Below, in pieces: positions 36,467 through 45,470 of a DNA stretch of 64,000 bases. Each line of letters opens with the position of its first letter. Within the stretch, counting starts at the first letter, position 1. A program made the translations under genes and the position numbers. Origin of the DNA: Bacteroidales bacterium (GTDB lineage Bacteria > Bacteroidota > Bacteroidia > Bacteroidales > UBA3663); NCBI GenBank assembly GCA_045600485.1, contig JAZRXX010000055.1:7293-71292 (forward strand), read 5' to 3'. The notes below the pieces were generated by a model. It was not told where the DNA came from and did no database searches. It saw nothing but the letters and a program-made list of their open reading frames with translations.

Positions 36467-39271
36467 ATGAACAAATTATTTCTCTCTCTCTCATTATTTA
36501 TGCTCACAGCATCTGCCATGGCACAAAGCACCAAGACAGAGCGTCAGTATTTGAGCGGTCACGGATGTGACGATATGGTACAATGGGATTTCTTCTGTAC
36601 CGACGGAGCCAATAGCGGCCAGTGGACCAAGATCGGAGTACCATCCTGCTGGGAACTTCAGGGCTTTGGTACCTATCAATATGGCATGCGATTCTATGGC
36701 AAAGAAACCCCAGCCGGCATTGCCGACGAAGAGGGCAAATACCGCTACGAATTCAAACTTCCGAAGGAGTGGACCGGTCGTCATATCGAACTGGTCTTTG
36801 AGGCAGCCATGACCGAATGTGTCGCCTATATCAATGGCCGAAAGGCAGGTAATGCCCATCAGGGCGGATTCTCTGCATTCCGTCTGGATGTGAGCGACCG
36901 TATCCTTTGTGGCGATAAAGTCAATAAGTTGGAGGTGACTGTCAGCAAAGAGAGCAAGACCAATACCAAGACCAACATGGCAGAACGTCGTGCCGACTAT
37001 TGGAACTTCGGTGGATTGATCCGTCCTGTCTATGTGGAATCTCGTCCCGCATTCAGCATCCAGCGTGTGGCTGTCGATGCCCAGATGGATGGCACCTTCA
37101 AGGCCGACCTCTATCTGACACACAGTTTGTCGGGTGCCAAGGTGATTACCACCATCGTCGATGAAAAGGGCAAGACTGTAGCCAAGGGGGAGACTGCTGT
37201 GTCCAGCGACATTGCCAAGGTAAACCTCAAGGTCGAGAAGATCCAGACCTGGAGTGCTGAGACTCCGGTACGATATACCGCTCGATTCGTGCTCCAAAAC
37301 AAAGAGGGCAAGATTATGCACGAGGAGGAGCAGAAGTTTGGCTTCCGTACCATCGAGTTGCGTGAGAACGATGGCCTCTACGTCAATGGCAACCGTATCA
37401 ACGTCCGTGGTGCCAACCGTCACAGCTTCCGTCCAGAGTCAGGTCGTACGTTGAGCTACCAGAAGAACCTCGAGGATGTGCAGTTGATGAAGTCGATGAA
37501 CATGAATGCCTGCCGATTGTCGCACTATCCTGCCGATCCGGAGTTCCTCGATATCTGCGATAGTTTGGGCCTCTATGTGATGGAAGAGTTGTCGGGCTGG
37601 CATTGGGCTCACGATACCATGAACGGTAAGAAACTGGTCAAGGAGATGGTGACTCGCGATGTCAATCACCCATCCATCCTCTGGTGGAGCAACGGCAACG
37701 AAGGTGGCTTCAACTACGAGCTCGAAGATTCCTTCTACGAGTTCGATCCACAGCATCGTTCCGTACTCTATCCTTGGTCCAATAAGAATGGCTACGAGAC
37801 CAAACATTATCGCTCGTATGGTGAGAGTCAGGATTATATGCGTCTGCCAGAACTCTTCATGCCAACCGAATTCCTGCACGGCCTCTACGATGGCGGTCAC
37901 GGTGCTGGCCTTTATGACTATTGGCAGATGATGTACCCTCATCCACGTTGTGTGGGTGGCTTCCTCTGGTGTCTTGCCGACGAGGGTGTCTTGCGTGTCG
38001 ATCGCGATGGCTTCATCGATAATGTCGGTAACTTCGGTGCCGATGGCATTGTGGGTCCTCATCACGAGAAGGAGGGTAGCTACTATACCATCCGTCAGTT
38101 GTGGTCGCCTGTCTATGTGGAGAGCGACAAGAAGGGCAATCTGACGGGTTTCAAGACCACAGACAAGGGATATGAACTGGAGATTGAGAACCGTTACGAT
38201 TTCCTGAATCTCAATACCGTTCAGTTCAAGTATGAATATCTCGCTTTGCCTCATTGTTCGGCAACCGCCAGCCAGAACGAAGTCAAGGTCCTGAAGTCAG
38301 GCAGCCTCAAGGGTCCCGATGCTGCTCCTCGTAGCAAAGCTACGTTGTCCATACCTGCCTTCTCAGGCGAGGCAAGCATGTTGCGTATCACAGCCACCGA
38401 TAAGTTCGGACAGGAGTTGATGCAATGGGGCGTTGCTGTTCCATACAAGCATGGCATCAACTTCAAGGTTAATAAGTTCCAGGCACATATCGATGCCAAG
38501 TCTGGTCTTCTGGAGGGTGTTGATGTCAATGGTAAACATATCTCCCTCACCCATGGTCCTCGTTTCGTGGCAGCTCGTCGTAGTGACCGATCTCTGGATC
38601 AGTTCTATAACCATGATGACAATCAGGCAGAGAAGAAAAAGACACTCTACACTTCGTTCGACGATGCCGGAGTGTTCGTCAAACTCGATACCGTGGCCGA
38701 CAACCAGCTTGTTGCCCGTTATAAGTTAGGTTGTATGGATTCGATCCGCTATACCATCGATCCTGCCAAGGGTTGCATCTTCGTCAACGCCTACTATAAC
38801 TTCCAGGGCGTAGTGGATCTGATGGGCGTGATGTTCGACTATCCGGAGGAGAAGGTTGAACACAAACAGTGGGTAGGACAGGGTCCCTATCGCGTATGGC
38901 AGAACCGTATGCATGGTCCACAGTATGGCTTCTGGGAGAATGATTACAATGACCCTGTGCCAGGTGAATCGTTCGAGTATCCGGAGTTCAAGGGATATTT
39001 CGCCAATACCAGCTGGATGTCGCTTCGTACAGCTGAGGGTCATATCATGATTGCCAACTTGCAGCCACAGGAGGATTATGTCGGTATCTACGAGCCACGC
39101 GATGGCCGCGACCAGTTGCTCTACACCCTTCCGAAGACCGGCATCTCTTTGATGCGTGTCATCCCTGCTGTCCGCAACAAGGTGAACACGACCGACCTCA
39201 ACGGCCCTTCGGCTCAGCCTTATTGGGCGATGGGAAGCTATCACTCGAAGTTCATCTTGCACTTCGAGTAA
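36467..39271 (+). CDS. Glycoside hydrolase family 2 (beta-galactosidase-like)
   Basis: It has a signal peptide and GH2 blocks: VNGNRINVRGANRHSF, NMNACRLSHYPADPEFLDICDSLGLYVMEEL and SILWWSNGNEG. Confidence 0.9.
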   Translation: MNKLFLSLSLFMLTASAMAQSTKTERQYLSGHGCDDMVQWDFFCTDGANSGQWTKIGVPSCWELQGFGTYQYGMRFYGKETPAGIADEEGKYRYEFKLPKEWTGRHIELVFEAAMTECVAYINGRKAGNAHQGGFSAFRLDVSDRILCGDKVNKLEVTVSKESKTNTKTNMAERRADYWNFGGLIRPVYVESRPAFSIQRVAVDAQMDGTFKADLYLTHSLSGAKVITTIVDEKGKTVAKGETAVSSDIAKVNLKVEKIQTWSAETPVRYTARFVLQNKEGKIMHEEEQKFGFRTIELRENDGLYVNGNRINVRGANRHSFRPESGRTLSYQKNLEDVQLMKSMNMNACRLSHYPADPEFLDICDSLGLYVMEELSGWHWAHDTMNGKKLVKEMVTRDVNHPSILWWSNGNEGGFNYELEDSFYEFDPQHRSVLYPWSNKNGYETKHYRSYGESQDYMRLPELFMPTEFLHGLYDGGHGAGLYDYWQMMYPHPRCVGGFLWCLADEGVLRVDRDGFIDNVGNFGADGIVGPHHEKEGSYYTIRQLWSPVYVESDKKGNLTGFKTTDKGYELEIENRYDFLNLNTVQFKYEYLALPHCSATASQNEVKVLKSGSLKGPDAAPRSKATLSIPAFSGEASMLRITATDKFGQELMQWGVAVPYKHGINFKVNKFQAHIDAKSGLLEGVDVNGKHISLTHGPRFVAARRSDRSLDQFYNHDDNQAEKKKTLYTSFDDAGVFVKLDTVADNQLVARYKLGCMDSIRYTIDPAKGCIFVNAYYNFQGVVDLMGVMFDYPEEKVEHKQWVGQGPYRVWQNRMHGPQYGFWENDYNDPVPGESFEYPEFKGYFANTSWMSLRTAEGHIMIANLQPQEDYVGIYEPRDGRDQLLYTLPKTGISLMRVIPAVRNKVNTTDLNGPSAQPYWAMGSYHSKFILHFE

Positions 39272-39356
39272 GTGTATCCATTGATGCCAACAGAACACGG
39301 ACTTGCTTTGTTAAGTACCCCTACAAGGAATTTATTGCTGTCCGGGGAATAATTTA

Positions 39357-39553
39357 CTCCATGAATCGAAATCAAAAGAATTCAATCTATTGCTAACGCA
39401 CCATTTTGCATGGCAAATCCAGCTGTGACGCGAATCTAAATCAATAAAAATATGGTGATGGCAACTAAGATTAATTTCCATTCGTGTCACAGCTGGATTT
39501 GCCATGCCTTCCGACAAGTTGGAAATTTGATTTTTATTGATTTCCATTCATGG
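39357..39553. repeat. ~200-bp compound palindromic element in a non-coding gap
   Basis: The outer inverted repeat is ctccatgaatcgaaatcaa (39357-39375) / ttgatttccattcatggag (39535-39553), with 1 mismatch. The inner 28-bp inverted repeat is gcatggcaaatccagctgtgacgcgaat (39408-39435) / attcgtgtcacagctggatttgccatgc (39480-39507), with 1 mismatch. There is an extra aatcaataaaaat / atttttattgatt pair. Confidence 0.85.
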
Positions 39554-39570
39554 AGAAAAAAGATAGGGGT

Positions 39571-39619
39571 TGTTTTGAAAAACGAGAGGGCTGTCAGCAT
39601 CACTGCTGTCAGCCCTCTC
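39571..39619 (-). terminator. Intrinsic terminator for the minus-strand transcript (small ORF and possibly the giant adhesin gene)
   Basis: The stem gagagggctgtcagc / gctgtcagccctctc has 15 bp with one central mismatch and a 6-nt loop. On the minus strand it is followed by GTTTTTC. Confidence 0.6.
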
Positions 39620-39657
39620 TTCTTCATTAAATCATAACCTTATTTCCGTTTTTCATT

Positions 39658-39819
39658 TTAATTCCAAAGCGTAGATCGATAACTGCCGGATTCGAACTCT
39701 ACATCATCGACATCATCGATCTGAGAAAGTTGAACACGATATGCACCACTGGTGCAGATTGTTTCTGTTGCGTCAATATCTATGACTGTTATTTCTGGAC
39801 AAATATATTTCTTTTTCAT
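39658..39819 (-). CDS. Small unannotated ORF (53 aa): MKKKYICPEITVIDIDATETICTSGAYRVQLSQIDDVDDVEFESGSYRSTLWN
   Basis: I translated it by hand because it is below the ORF-track cutoff. It has an A-rich leader and a terminator about 40 nt downstream. No canonical -7 box lies directly upstream. Confidence 0.35.
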   Translation of the reverse strand: MKKKYICPEITVIDIDATETICTSGAYRVQLSQIDDVDDVEFESGSYRSTLWN

Positions 39820-39881
39820 ATTTCTTTCTTTTTTTTAGTTCCCTGCTGATCTCACAGAGAAACACAGATTAGAATTTACTC

Positions 39882-39982
39882 CACGCAGATCTTGCAGATT
39901 CAGCGGATTATCTTCCATATTCGTTTATTTCGTTAGTTTCGTGTTCGTGAAACAAATCTGCTTCATCTGCGAGATCTGCGTG
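39882..39982. repeat. ~28-bp imperfect inverted repeat downstream of the giant gene stop
   Basis: cacgcagatcttgcagattcagcggatt (39882-39909) pairs with aatctgcttcatctgcgagatctgcgtg (39955-39982). The core cacgcagatct/agatctgcgtg pairing is perfect. Confidence 0.7.
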
Positions 39983-40010
39983 ACACAGTACTTTTCAGTG
40001 GAAGTCACAG

Positions 40011-40057
40011 CAAACAACTGAAAACTGTAAACTCAAAACTGAAAACTCAAAACTGAA
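40011..40057. repeat. AAAACT-type heptamer repeat overlapping the stop codon of the giant surface-protein gene
   Basis: The sequence is caaacaactgaaaactgtaaactcaaaactgaaaactcaaaactgaa. The last codons (...RVQF*) are encoded within it. Confidence 0.8.
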
Positions 40058-43000
40058 CCCGTTGACCATCGATGATGTAGGTGCCCTTAGGCAGACCCTT
40101 CAGACAGGTGGTAGGATCCACCTGCGAACGAATCAGTTTGCCATCGAGCGAATAGACATTGACTGGTCGTTCATTCAACTCCGGATCGGAGAGTGAGATG
40201 ACACCAGTGGTCTCCTCGTCAAAGGATAGTGTCAGTCGGGCAGCTGAAGCCAGGGCATCCCCCGTTACCTCGATCCACGCACGGAATGGATTGATCGTTG
40301 CACCCTTGGTGGCACCCTCGTCTTGGCTCTTCTGACGTACAAACTGTCCGTTTGAGTAGCCATAGATACTCCTGTCTGCGTCCGAGAAGAGTGTCTGCTT
40401 GGTGTAGGTTCCTACCATCGAGGCTTTGCCTGCTTCTGAGGTGTAAATGCTATCTGTGATGGGTTCAAATTCATAGAAGTTACTGTAGCTAGAGATAGCC
40501 TCCTTGAGCAGATTCCCCTCCTTGGTATTGGTCAGCAGATAAGGAGTGTTGGCGAGAGCTGTTCCTTCGACTGCCGTGAAACTGAGTGTCTGGCCATCGA
40601 ATCCGCTCAGCTCATACACCTTACCATTGATATTCTCTACTGGCACATCGAATGGCAACATGAATGTCACGGTCTTATTGGCTGCCAGCTCTCGCTTATA
40701 GTTGACCGAGCTTGCACGAGGCAAGTTGTTATCTTCACCTATGTAGATTGCCGAATTGTCGTCGAGGAAGAGGTTTACCACCTTGCCATCGCCTGAGAAC
40801 TGGGTGTCGAAAGAACCTTCTGCCAGATAGGGTAATGACTTCATCGTGAGGGTGTCAAGGGCATCGCAATTATCAAACATCCAGCGAATATTTTTAACAC
40901 TCTGCATATCGAAGTTGCCAATGGTAAGTTTTTTGAGTTTTTCGCAAGAGTAGAACATCCAATACATATCCGTTACACTCTTCGTATTGAAACTGCTGAG
41001 GTCAAGGGAGGTGAGTCTATCGCAAAGCTCGAACATGCTGTTCATGTTCGTCACCTCCTCTGTATTTAGATATTCGAGTCCAGAGATGCTTGTTAGGTTC
41101 CTGAAACCTTCAAACCAATAGCAGCAAGATGTAGGACGTGCTGCGGCAAAGCTGGCGTCGAACACTACAGAGGTTATTGATTCAAGATCTGCATTCCAAT
41201 ACCAATCAGGGGCGTTGTAGCCTGTATTCAACGAATAGGTTTCGCCATCATGTTCCAATTTATCGAAGTAGAAGGTGAGGGTGTTATCTGCCAATACAGC
41301 TTTCGCGATTAGACGACCAAATTCACATACGGTGCAGGCACCATCTTCATCCAACTGGTGCTCCGCCAATTCACCATAGGCGAAAGTGTGATTATCGTCG
41401 TGCTCGTTTTCGTCACATCTTGAACAACTGAAGTAGTAGCGTGCCTGTTGGGTACATGTGGCAGCTGAACATAGGAACTCATTCTCTGCCTTCTCTTGGG
41501 TGAAGTCATGACAGGCAGCGATGGTTGGGTATGAAGCCCATTTCTCTGTACCATCTTCGTCCTTGAAGTATTTGTCAGCACAGCAAGGCTTAGAGCAAGT
41601 CCAATACTCTTTGTTACCATCTGTGGTGCAGGTTTCTGCAACGGCAGGGTGGTGAGTCATTTCGTGCTCACACCAAGTGCTTGGGTCAACACCTGTGATG
41701 GAGATTTCAGAGAGCTGCATGAGGCCGCTGTGGGTGAACTCCATACGGAAACGCTGGTAGGTAACTTTACCAGGCTCTGCCAACTCGAAGCTGTATTCCG
41801 TTTCGTTCATTGCCTGAAGGGTGTTGTCGTTGGATTTGGTGTCGAGAACGCTCCATGCCTGCTTTTCCTCAGACCATCCCTTCAGTACCCAATTCTTGGG
41901 GTTGCGGCTCGGATCTGACTCTGTATCGTTGGCAGTAGAGAGCTTATAGCCTGTCACGATGACAGACCATGCTGTCTGGAATTCTACCCAAGGATTGGTG
42001 GTGTTATGACACCACTTCGTAGAGGTTTTGCCATCGAAGGCTTTGTCATAGGTCTCATTAGTGAATCCATTAGAAACATTCGTGGCAGTGCATGGGATAG
42101 TTTCGCCCACCATACCATGATAACATACGGAACAAATACCATTGGCATCCAAGTGGTGTCCCAATGCTGATACTATATTTGTTTTGTCGAATAAAGAGTT
42201 GCAATACGAACAGATGTAGCCATCGTAACTCTCTTTGGTGCAGGTGGCATCGACATGCACTATCGTTGGATTGTAATGGTTACAGTTAGTGATGGCAGGC
42301 AGATGGTTGTCGTCGCCTTCGTAGATGATAGAATTCTCGTCAAGAATGAGGTTTACCACCTTGCCATCGCCAGAGAACTGGGTGTCGAAAGTACCTTTTG
42401 CCAGATAGGGTAGTGACTTCATCGTGAGCGTGTCAAGGGCATTGCAATTACTGAACGTAGCCGCAATAGTATTAACACTCTGCATATCGAAGTTGCCAAT
42501 GGTGAGCTTTTTGAGCTTCTCGCAAGAGAGGAATATGTATCTCATATCCATTGCACTCTTCGTATTGAAACTGCTGAGGTCAAGGGAGGTGAGTCTATCG
42601 CAATGCTCAAACATGCTGTTCATGTTCTTCACTTTAGACGTATTGAAGCCACTCAAATCGAGCGAAGTCAATTTGTTGCAATATGAGAACATGTAGTACA
42701 TAGACGTTACCTCCTCTGTATTCAGATATTCGAGTCCAAAGATGCTTGTTAGGTTTTTGCCGCCAGAAAACCAACTGTGGCAAGATGTAGGACGTGCTGC
42801 GGAAAAGCTTTGATCAAAAACTACAGTGGTTATTGATGCAATTTTTGATTTCCAATCAGGGTCGACCTCTCTTGTATTCAACGAATAGGTTGTTCCAGTG
42901 TGGCTTTTGTCATCAAAATAGAAGGTTAAGGTCCCATTATTGTACACTGCTTTTGCCTGGTGATTACATCCTGATCTTGTACATTGGCTTTGGTCATTAA

Positions 43001-45320
43001 GAATATGGCCCCCTAGCATAGTGCCAGTTTCAGACCAGAAGGTTTCTGCCTTCTCTGCACATCGGCTGCACTTGTAGAAATAGACAGCATCCTCAGTACA
43101 GGTAGCTGCGGACTTCAGATAAGTATTTGTTGCTGTCTGGCTGGTAAAGTCGTGACCGAGGGCAGGGATCGTGCCTGTCTTGTTAAAGTGGCTGTTGCAG
43201 TATGAGCATACCTTTGCGTCATAACCTCCTTCGGTGCAGGTGGCAGCGACATGCACGGGTGTTGTCTGATTGTAATGGTTACAGCTGGTGATGGTAGGCA
43301 GATAGTTCGTGCCCTTGTAGATTACCGACGATGCACTGAGAGTGAGGTTCACATTCTTGCCAGTGCCAGAGAACTTGGTGTTGAACGTTCTGTCTGCAAG
43401 GTATGGCAGGGACTTGAGGTTGAGTGTCGTTAGCTTGGTGCATCCGAGGAACATATCGGATTTATCCGTTACATTCTGCATATCGAAATTGTTCACCGTC
43501 AGCGATGTGAGACCTGCGCAATCATAGAACATCAGGTACATATCTGTCACCTTTGCGGTATTGAAGCTGCTCAAGTCGAGCGAGGTGAGACCTGCACAAC
43601 CACGGAACATACTACTCATATCCGTCACATTCGCAGTATTGAAGCTACTCAGGTTAAGCGAAGTTAGTTTTGAGCAGCCATTAAACATGTATCTCATATC
43701 TGTCACCTTGCTTGTATTCAGATACTGTAAGCCCGTAATATTGCTCAAACTAGTACAGTTGCTAAACCAATCATAGCAAGTTGCAGGGCGAACAGCAGCA
43801 AAACTGGCATCGAACACCACGGTGGTAAGTGCTTCGCCTCCTGCCCAACCAGGAGAACCCGTAACCTTGTATGTAGTGCCAACATGAGTATCTGCATCGC
43901 AGTAGAATGTGAGGGTGTTGCCACTGAGCACCGCCTTAGGCTCACCGAAAATGGCTGTGAGGGTCTGGTCTTTATTTACAGTCACAGTGCGTGATGCATT
44001 GGTGTTATCGTCACTCCACTTCACGAAGTAGTAACCGCTTTTTGGTGTGGCGGTGATGGTAGCCTTGTCGCCATAGGCATACGACCCGCTGCCGCTGACT
44101 GTGCCGAAGTTAGCGTTGTTGGCAGTGACAGTGAGGGTGTAATGGTTATCGAAGTTGGCTGTGAGCGTGATGTTGCCAGTAAGAGCCTCGGTGCGAGTCA
44201 AGTCTGTGACGTTGTCGCCCCACTTGGTGAAATAATAGCCTGTAGTAGTGGCAGCAGCTTCCAACTTCAGCTGTGTAGCAGTGGTGCTGGTTGGGTTGAC
44301 GTAGGTCTGGTTTACCTTACCGCCTGTGCCAGCGGTCACGCTGATGGTGATGGCTTTGTTGCTTGCTGGGATGCTTGGGCCATCGGTGTTGCAGGCACGG
44401 GTTGCTATGCCAGAGAGGTAGGTGTTGTTGATTGTAGTGGTTGCTCTGGCACGGATACGACCTACGATGGCATTGACATACTTGTAATCACTTGTGCCGA
44501 AACTGAGTGTACCGCAGCTGTAGCAGTTCTGCACGCCGCCGAAGTTGTTGCTTTCGTCATTGGTATAACCCAAGATTCCGCCCATCGTTGGGCCTGAAGC
44601 TGATGATGAGAGAGTACCATTGAAGAAACAGTTGGTGATAGAACCCGAGCAACTTGCAGGAGCAAAGCCAACGATGCCACCAATACAGTCTGTAGTTGGA
44701 CCTGCACTGAGCGTACCTGCATAGGTACAACCCTTAACAATGGTAGAGACTTCTATCGCACCAACTACACCGCCCAGATGCTTCTGCGCCTTGGTGAGCG
44801 TTATGTTGACGTTGCTGACGATGTCCTGAATGGTAGAACTGCCCCCTGCACGGCCTACGACAGCACCAGAGCAGTCGTTTTCTCCACCGGTAATCTGTGT
44901 GGATGAAGTCATCGTGCCACTCAGGGTGAAGTTCTTGATGGTAGCATCCTTGACATAGCCGAAGAAACCAGCATTAACAGTGGTGTAGGTCATGCTCATG
45001 CCCGAGATCTTGTGACCCTGACCATCGAAGGTGCCGGTGTAGATCTTGCTACTGTTGCCGATAGGAGTCCAGGCACTGGTGAGGGTGATGTCGGCAGTAA
45101 GCTTGGCGCAGATGCTGACGCCTGTGCCTGTACCGGTGTTAGTACCATTGACTGCATCGCGAAACCAGATGAGGTTCGCTTCGTTGGCAATCTGATAAGG
45201 ACTACTGGAGGTACCACTGCCCGAAGAAGGCTTGGTTCCTGCTGCCCATGCCCCTTGCGGCACAAGCATGGTGATCATGGCTATGACAGCCAAGAGGAGA
45301 AGATGTTTTGTTTTGCCCAT
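40047..45320 (-). CDS. 1757-aa cell-surface protein: signal peptide, GLUG-type repeats, Listeria-Bacteroides repeats, three BspA/DUF285-type LRR modules with Cys-rich linkers, a discoidin (F5/8 type C)-like domain and a T9SS C-terminal sorting domain
   Basis: The GLUG-like segment is FDGQGHKISG...AGFFGY...GGVVG. The Listeria-Bacteroides-like repeat is YTLTVTANNANFGTVSGSGSYAYGDKATITATPKSGYYFVKWSDD. The LRR pattern is MF.GC..LTSLDLSSFNT..VTDM repeated. The discoidin-like segment is AFDGKTSTKWC...NPKNWVLKGWS. The C-terminus VYSLDGKLIRSQV...LPKGTYIIDGQRVQF resembles a T9SS CTD. Confidence 0.9.
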   Translation of the reverse strand: MGKTKHLLLLAVIAMITMLVPQGAWAAGTKPSSGSGTSSSPYQIANEANLIWFRDAVNGTNTGTGTGVSICAKLTADITLTSAWTPIGNSSKIYTGTFDGQGHKISGMSMTYTTVNAGFFGYVKDATIKNFTLSGTMTSSTQITGGENDCSGAVVGRAGGSSTIQDIVSNVNITLTKAQKHLGGVVGAIEVSTIVKGCTYAGTLSAGPTTDCIGGIVGFAPASCSGSITNCFFNGTLSSSASGPTMGGILGYTNDESNNFGGVQNCYSCGTLSFGTSDYKYVNAIVGRIRARATTTINNTYLSGIATRACNTDGPSIPASNKAITISVTAGTGGKVNQTYVNPTSTTATQLKLEAAATTTGYYFTKWGDNVTDLTRTEALTGNITLTANFDNHYTLTVTANNANFGTVSGSGSYAYGDKATITATPKSGYYFVKWSDDNTNASRTVTVNKDQTLTAIFGEPKAVLSGNTLTFYCDADTHVGTTYKVTGSPGWAGGEALTTVVFDASFAAVRPATCYDWFSNCTSLSNITGLQYLNTSKVTDMRYMFNGCSKLTSLNLSSFNTANVTDMSSMFRGCAGLTSLDLSSFNTAKVTDMYLMFYDCAGLTSLTVNNFDMQNVTDKSDMFLGCTKLTTLNLKSLPYLADRTFNTKFSGTGKNVNLTLSASSVIYKGTNYLPTITSCNHYNQTTPVHVAATCTEGGYDAKVCSYCNSHFNKTGTIPALGHDFTSQTATNTYLKSAATCTEDAVYFYKCSRCAEKAETFWSETGTMLGGHILNDQSQCTRSGCNHQAKAVYNNGTLTFYFDDKSHTGTTYSLNTREVDPDWKSKIASITTVVFDQSFSAARPTSCHSWFSGGKNLTSIFGLEYLNTEEVTSMYYMFSYCNKLTSLDLSGFNTSKVKNMNSMFEHCDRLTSLDLSSFNTKSAMDMRYIFLSCEKLKKLTIGNFDMQSVNTIAATFSNCNALDTLTMKSLPYLAKGTFDTQFSGDGKVVNLILDENSIIYEGDDNHLPAITNCNHYNPTIVHVDATCTKESYDGYICSYCNSLFDKTNIVSALGHHLDANGICSVCYHGMVGETIPCTATNVSNGFTNETYDKAFDGKTSTKWCHNTTNPWVEFQTAWSVIVTGYKLSTANDTESDPSRNPKNWVLKGWSEEKQAWSVLDTKSNDNTLQAMNETEYSFELAEPGKVTYQRFRMEFTHSGLMQLSEISITGVDPSTWCEHEMTHHPAVAETCTTDGNKEYWTCSKPCCADKYFKDEDGTEKWASYPTIAACHDFTQEKAENEFLCSAATCTQQARYYFSCSRCDENEHDDNHTFAYGELAEHQLDEDGACTVCEFGRLIAKAVLADNTLTFYFDKLEHDGETYSLNTGYNAPDWYWNADLESITSVVFDASFAAARPTSCCYWFEGFRNLTSISGLEYLNTEEVTNMNSMFELCDRLTSLDLSSFNTKSVTDMYWMFYSCEKLKKLTIGNFDMQSVKNIRWMFDNCDALDTLTMKSLPYLAEGSFDTQFSGDGKVVNLFLDDNSAIYIGEDNNLPRASSVNYKRELAANKTVTFMLPFDVPVENINGKVYELSGFDGQTLSFTAVEGTALANTPYLLTNTKEGNLLKEAISSYSNFYEFEPITDSIYTSEAGKASMVGTYTKQTLFSDADRSIYGYSNGQFVRQKSQDEGATKGATINPFRAWIEVTGDALASAARLTLSFDEETTGVISLSDPELNERPVNVYSLDGKLIRSQVDPTTCLKGLPKGTYIIDGQRVQF

Positions 45321-45470
45321 GTGTGTATAGTTTATGAATTTAATTTATCCTTTGCGAGGCCACCTTTGCGTCCATAGCGTCCTTTGCGAGAGTGCCCAAA
45401 TACCCTCCACCATTCTAAATCATTCATGAAATCATTCTTTCCCTTTGCGAGGCCTCTCGCCGCGATATAC

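Noticed and set aside
39680-39705. A tRNA-like T-loop sequence (GAGTTCGAATCCGGC on the minus strand)
   Set aside because: The flanking bases cannot form a T-stem (TAGAG vs CCGGC), and no acceptor, D or anticodon arms can be drawn. The sequence lies inside the small 53-aa ORF.
45345-45390. The CCTTTGCG motifs read as plus-strand TAnnTTTG promoters firing antisense into the AraC/repeat region
   Set aside because: The spacing does not fit. For example, TATCCTTTG has three rather than two bases between TA and TTTG, and the other copies lack the TA. No plus-strand gene follows.
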